From positions 1 to 64,000 of the forward strand of contig JAHQWJ010000148.1 in assembly GCA_029856125.1 (NCBI GenBank): a stretch of 64,000 bases of DNA. Direction: 5' to 3'. Below the pieces are notes generated by a model, which was given only the letters and a program-made list of their open reading frames with translations, ran no database searches and was not told where the DNA came from. Shown piece by piece: positions 60,657 through 64,000 of this stretch; position 1 is the first letter of the stretch, and the number at the start of each line of letters is the position of its first letter. The position numbers and the translations under genes are program-made. This DNA comes from Promethearchaeia archaeon. GTDB taxonomy: Archaea > Asgardarchaeota > Lokiarchaeia > Sigyniarchaeales > SOKP01.

Positions 60657-61805
60657 CTAAATCATTTCTAAAAATGCTTCTATTCTTGTTTGAAGTCTAG
60701 TGGTATCTGCTTGGTAAAATTCGCGATCTAAATTTAATACTGGAATCTCTAAATCCTTTAACTCATGGACATATAACATGTTATCGCACCCGTGTAGGTC
60801 GCAATTGTTTATTCTTTGTAAGATGACTCCATCAACCTTTGCTCTTTTAATTTCATTTTTTACAAAATCTAATCGTCGTTCGTGATCGTCCATCATTCTA
60901 GGGCAAGACATTCTGTAATACACTCGCTCGACTATGCTTCTTAGTGGATCGCGGTTGAAACCTAAATGAACATCGTCCAGGAAATTGCGAGTTCCAAAGC
61001 ATAAAAAATCGCTAACAATTAAGGCTCCAGAATCTTCTATTAATCCAGTAAAATCAGTGCTGTCAACTTCACTTCCAACAAGCATGATTCTTTTCGCGTT
61101 GGATTTAACACCTTCGCTTTCTTTTAAGGTGTTGATAATTCGTTCTAATTCCCGGTTAGCAGCTTCTTTGGGAATTGAATTGTTCGACATTGATATCTGT
61201 AACGCTTCACTACCGGTAATTTTGGGAGCGTCAATAACTCTCATTTCGTGGATTTCCCGTAAAAGTTCACGATTCTTATTGTAGATGTTAATTGTTTCAA
61301 GTAAATCTTGATTAGTTATGGTTTCTAGATTAAATTTTTCTTCTAATTCAGTTTTTAATTCTTTTATCTCATCATAATACCATTCAAAGCCTTCATCCGT
61401 AATAACATGAGGGATAGAGTAGTAAAATTGAGAAGCTGGTTTGGGATAATCTTTTCTCCTAAATACTTTTAAATCGAAAAGTTCAAACATTCGGCGAGAG
61501 TGATCGCAGGAATTACAAATCAAGAGACCATCCAAAAAATCATAGATACCTCTTAGAGCCATATCAAATGTTGCGCGAACAAAAGAGCATGTAAATCGTA
61601 CCATATATACATCCGCCAGATTCGTTTCTGTATTCCCCGTTGCTCGTATTCGATATGGTAATAAATTCGCAGCATATAAGAGTTCATCCGGGATATAAGT
61701 ACAATAGTATCCTAAAACTTTCTTACCGTCTGCTAGCCATTCTGTTATGTAGGGATTAGATATTGAGTCTGAAATATGAAGAAATTGATCGTTTTTTAAG
61801 CTCAC
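60657..61805 (-). CDS. 2-hydroxyacyl-CoA dehydratase family subunit (HgdB/BcrC-like)
   Basis: GYYCTYIPDEL, SCDHSRR, CPRM, VDGVIL..NCDLH, TRIEAFLE. Confidence 0.85.
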   Translation of the reverse strand: MSLKNDQFLHISDSISNPYITEWLADGKKVLGYYCTYIPDELLYAANLLPYRIRATGNTETNLADVYMVRFTCSFVRATFDMALRGIYDFLDGLLICNSCDHSRRMFELFDLKVFRRKDYPKPASQFYYSIPHVITDEGFEWYYDEIKELKTELEEKFNLETITNQDLLETINIYNKNRELLREIHEMRVIDAPKITGSEALQISMSNNSIPKEAANRELERIINTLKESEGVKSNAKRIMLVGSEVDSTDFTGLIEDSGALIVSDFLCFGTRNFLDDVHLGFNRDPLRSIVERVYYRMSCPRMMDDHERRLDFVKNEIKRAKVDGVILQRINNCDLHGCDNMLYVHELKDLEIPVLNLDREFYQADTTRLQTRIEAFLEMI

Positions 61806-62299
61806 GCAAATAAGCCTCCTTTGTAACTATAAACCTCGTGTTTTCCAATCATAAGACATCTTATTAGCTTAATGGCGGCTACATAGGATCCTTTAATTTT
61901 TGCTTTACCGGGGATTATATACTTCATTAATTTTATTAAACTGAAAAGGTTGTTCTTAGAGCGAATCATGCTACTAATCACACCAAGGATTTTTTCTTCT
62001 TCGACAGTTATAATGAGCCTTGCTACTGGACTGTTAGCTTTTTCGGCACGACAGTCAAAATTTCCCCTTTCGGATGTAAGAATAAATGTAATATATCCAT
62101 CTAATTCGGCGAAATACATTTCTATTTCCTGGCCGTTATGTTTTCCTACTTTTTTAAATGGAGCGTCAAGCCCAAATAAATCTACTAACATTTTTGCTAA
62201 TCTTGCTATGGTTAATACTTTAGTTTCTCTTAATAAGTCGTCTGCTCTAGAATCAATGCTTGTCTTTTCTTGGTCTTCAATTTGACTAATAATAACCAC
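61802..62299 (-). CDS. SCP2-like protein co-transcribed with the dehydratase pair
   Basis: 4-bp overlap with the downstream gene; GKAKIKGSYVAAIKL SCP2-like C-terminal motif. Confidence 0.55.
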   Translation of the reverse strand: MVIISQIEDQEKTSIDSRADDLLRETKVLTIARLAKMLVDLFGLDAPFKKVGKHNGQEIEMYFAELDGYITFILTSERGNFDCRAEKANSPVARLIITVEEEKILGVISSMIRSKNNLFSLIKLMKYIIPGKAKIKGSYVAAIKLIRCLMIGKHEVYSYKGGLFA

Positions 62300-62594
62300 T
62301 AAATTCTTATTTTTTTGAAGCCTTTGCCTAGAAATTATATTAGTTAGATTAGTTAATAAAGTTAAAGATTTTGTTTATAAAGTACGAGAATCATCCGACA
62401 CGACTTTTTTTTTAAAAACTCCTTGTTTAAAGGGAGAAAAGTAGGCAAATCGCTTGATTTATCAAAGGAAAAGTTTAATAACATTTTCAATTTCAATAAC
62501 TTGTATCTATTTTGTTCACAAATAGATTAAATTAAGACTATCAATAAAATAAAAAAATAAAAAATAAAACTAAATTGATTGGTTATAAGTTATT

Positions 62595-64000
62595 ATGGGG
62601 AAAACTTTAACTGAAAAAATAATAGAAGAGCACTTGGTTGATGGTAAATCAGAACGAGGAACGGATATTAGTATAAAAATTGACCAAACTCTAACCCAAG
62701 ATGCTACTGGTACAATGGCTTATTTACAATTCGAAGCGATAGGTATACCTCGAATACAGACAGAATTATCGGTTTCTTATGTAGATCACAATACTTTACA
62801 AACTGATTTTAAGAATCCCGACGATCACAGATATTTACAAAGTATTGCTGCTAAATACGGACTTTATTTTTCTCGCCCAGGAAATGGAATTTGTCACCAA
62901 CTTCATCTGGAACGCTTTGCACGCCCTGGAAAAACTTTATTAGGGAGCGATAGCCACACACCAACTGGTGGAGGCGTAGGCATGATTGCGGTTGGAGCTG
63001 GAGGACTTGACGTAGCAGCTGCGATTGCAGGAGAATCTTTCCATTTAAAAATGCCTAAGGTTGTAAACGTGCTTCTTACTGGAAAACTACCTGATTTTGT
63101 GTCAGCAAAGGACGTGATTCTCGAAGTCTTAAAGAGAATTGGTGTTAAAGGGGCAGTTAATAAAGTGTTGGAATATACTGGCCCAGGAGTTAAGACTTTA
63201 AGCGTGCCTGAAAGAGGTACAATAACAAATATGGGAACTGAAACGGGAGCTACAACCTCAATATTTCCTTCCGACGAGATCACAAAAGAATTCTTGATTG
63301 CTCAAGAAAGAGGAGAACAATGGGTTCTTTTGGAGCCAGATGAAGGTGCTTTATACGACGAAACCATAGAAATAAATCTAAACGAGCTCGTTCCTCTTGT
63401 ATCCTTACCTCATAGTCCAGGCAATGTAAAAACAGTAAAGGAAGTAGAAGGATTAAAAGTTGATCAAGTTTGTATTGGGAGTTGTACGAACTCAACTTTA
63501 AGGGATCTTAAAGTTTCTGCCAACATTTTAAAAGGAAAAACTATAAGCGAGAATACAGTTTTAACTGTCTCACCTGGTTCTCGTCAAGTTGTTGATCACA
63601 TGATAACATCTGGCGAGATGGCATATTTAATTGAAGCGGGAGCAAGAATTCTCGAAAACGCATGCGGCCCATGTATTGGTATGGGACTGGCGCCAAAAAC
63701 TGATGCCGTTACTTTAAGAACTTTTAATAGAAATTTTCTTGGAAGATCTGGAACTAAGAGCGCCCAAGCTTATCTTGTAAGCCCCGAAACTGCGGCTGTA
63801 TCTGCAATTCATGGCAAGATTACGGATCCAAGATCTTTTGGAAAATTACCAGAAATAAAAATGCCAGAAAAATTTATGGTTAACGATAACATGATTATTC
63901 CACCAAAAACAGGTATGGAATCTATTGAAATCGTTCGTGGTCCTAACATCAAACCTTTACCAGAATTCAACCCGTTACCAGATAAATTAGAAGGAGAAGT
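62595..64000 (+). CDS. Aconitate hydratase (3'-truncated by window edge; missing from ORF track)
   Basis: MGKTLTEKII, TQDATGTMA, DHN, GNGICHQ, GSDSHT, IGSCTN, ACGPCIG, TFNRNF.GRSG. Confidence 0.92.
   Translation, partial: MGKTLTEKIIEEHLVDGKSERGTDISIKIDQTLTQDATGTMAYLQFEAIGIPRIQTELSVSYVDHNTLQTDFKNPDDHRYLQSIAAKYGLYFSRPGNGICHQLHLERFARPGKTLLGSDSHTPTGGGVGMIAVGAGGLDVAAAIAGESFHLKMPKVVNVLLTGKLPDFVSAKDVILEVLKRIGVKGAVNKVLEYTGPGVKTLSVPERGTITNMGTETGATTSIFPSDEITKEFLIAQERGEQWVLLEPDEGALYDETIEINLNELVPLVSLPHSPGNVKTVKEVEGLKVDQVCIGSCTNSTLRDLKVSANILKGKTISENTVLTVSPGSRQVVDHMITSGEMAYLIEAGARILENACGPCIGMGLAPKTDAVTLRTFNRNFLGRSGTKSAQAYLVSPETAAVSAIHGKITDPRSFGKLPEIKMPEKFMVNDNMIIPPKTGMESIEIVRGPNIKPLPEFNPLPDKLEGE

Noticed and set aside
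62400-62445. Hairpin (CTCC..GGAG with ACTTTT/AAAAGT) upstream of aconitase as an iron-responsive element
   Set aside because: Lacks the CAGUGN loop and bulged C; short stems are expected by chance
1927-63495. Numerous short ORFs in the track antisense to or nested in long genes (e.g. 5053-5514, 23211-23525, 36185-36679, 39060-39518, 54286-54732, 62903-63283)
   Set aside because: Shadow frames of well-supported genes, with no motifs; the last two track ORFs lie antisense to the aconitase
1-64000. Mobile elements, tRNA/rRNA, defence systems
   Set aside because: No transposase, integrase, cloverleaf, rRNA-like GC-rich stretch or known defence gene recognised

Overview
Low-GC, gene-dense archaeal chromosomal segment, most consistent with Asgard Lokiarchaeia (inferred from a Loki-CTERM-like sorting tail, an SDS22-type LRR protein, expanded SCP2/Fe-S/2-hydroxyacyl-CoA dehydratase families and frequent TTG/GTG starts). 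No rRNA, tRNA, CRISPR array or transposase was recognised. Content is mainly anaerobic heterotrophic metabolism: HdrB, class II RNR, two 2-hydroxyacyl-CoA dehydratase/benzoyl-CoA reductase-type modules, three FAD-oxidoreductase/HdrD-like modules, hydrolases, MFS transporters and aconitase. The most striking locus (8.4-14.8 kb) is an operon of five stand-alone membrane-anchored left-handed beta-helix acyltransferase paralogs. They resemble the split terminal (C1-C3) domains of poly-amino-acid synthetases such as Pls; three keep a putative catalytic His and two lack it, and the middle His copy looks like an unequal-crossover chimera. A second candidate system is an SCP2-coupled anaerobic lipid redox cluster (35.7-47.3 kb, plus 59-62 kb). 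Also found outside the ORF track: two paralogous zinc-finger micro-ORFs, two pseudogene remnants (GH127 and Fe-S oxidoreductase C-termini), a long structured leader before a cation antiporter, and the 5' part of aconitase. One gene is markedly GC-rich and is a likely horizontal acquisition. All family calls come from motif recognition by eye; no searches were run.
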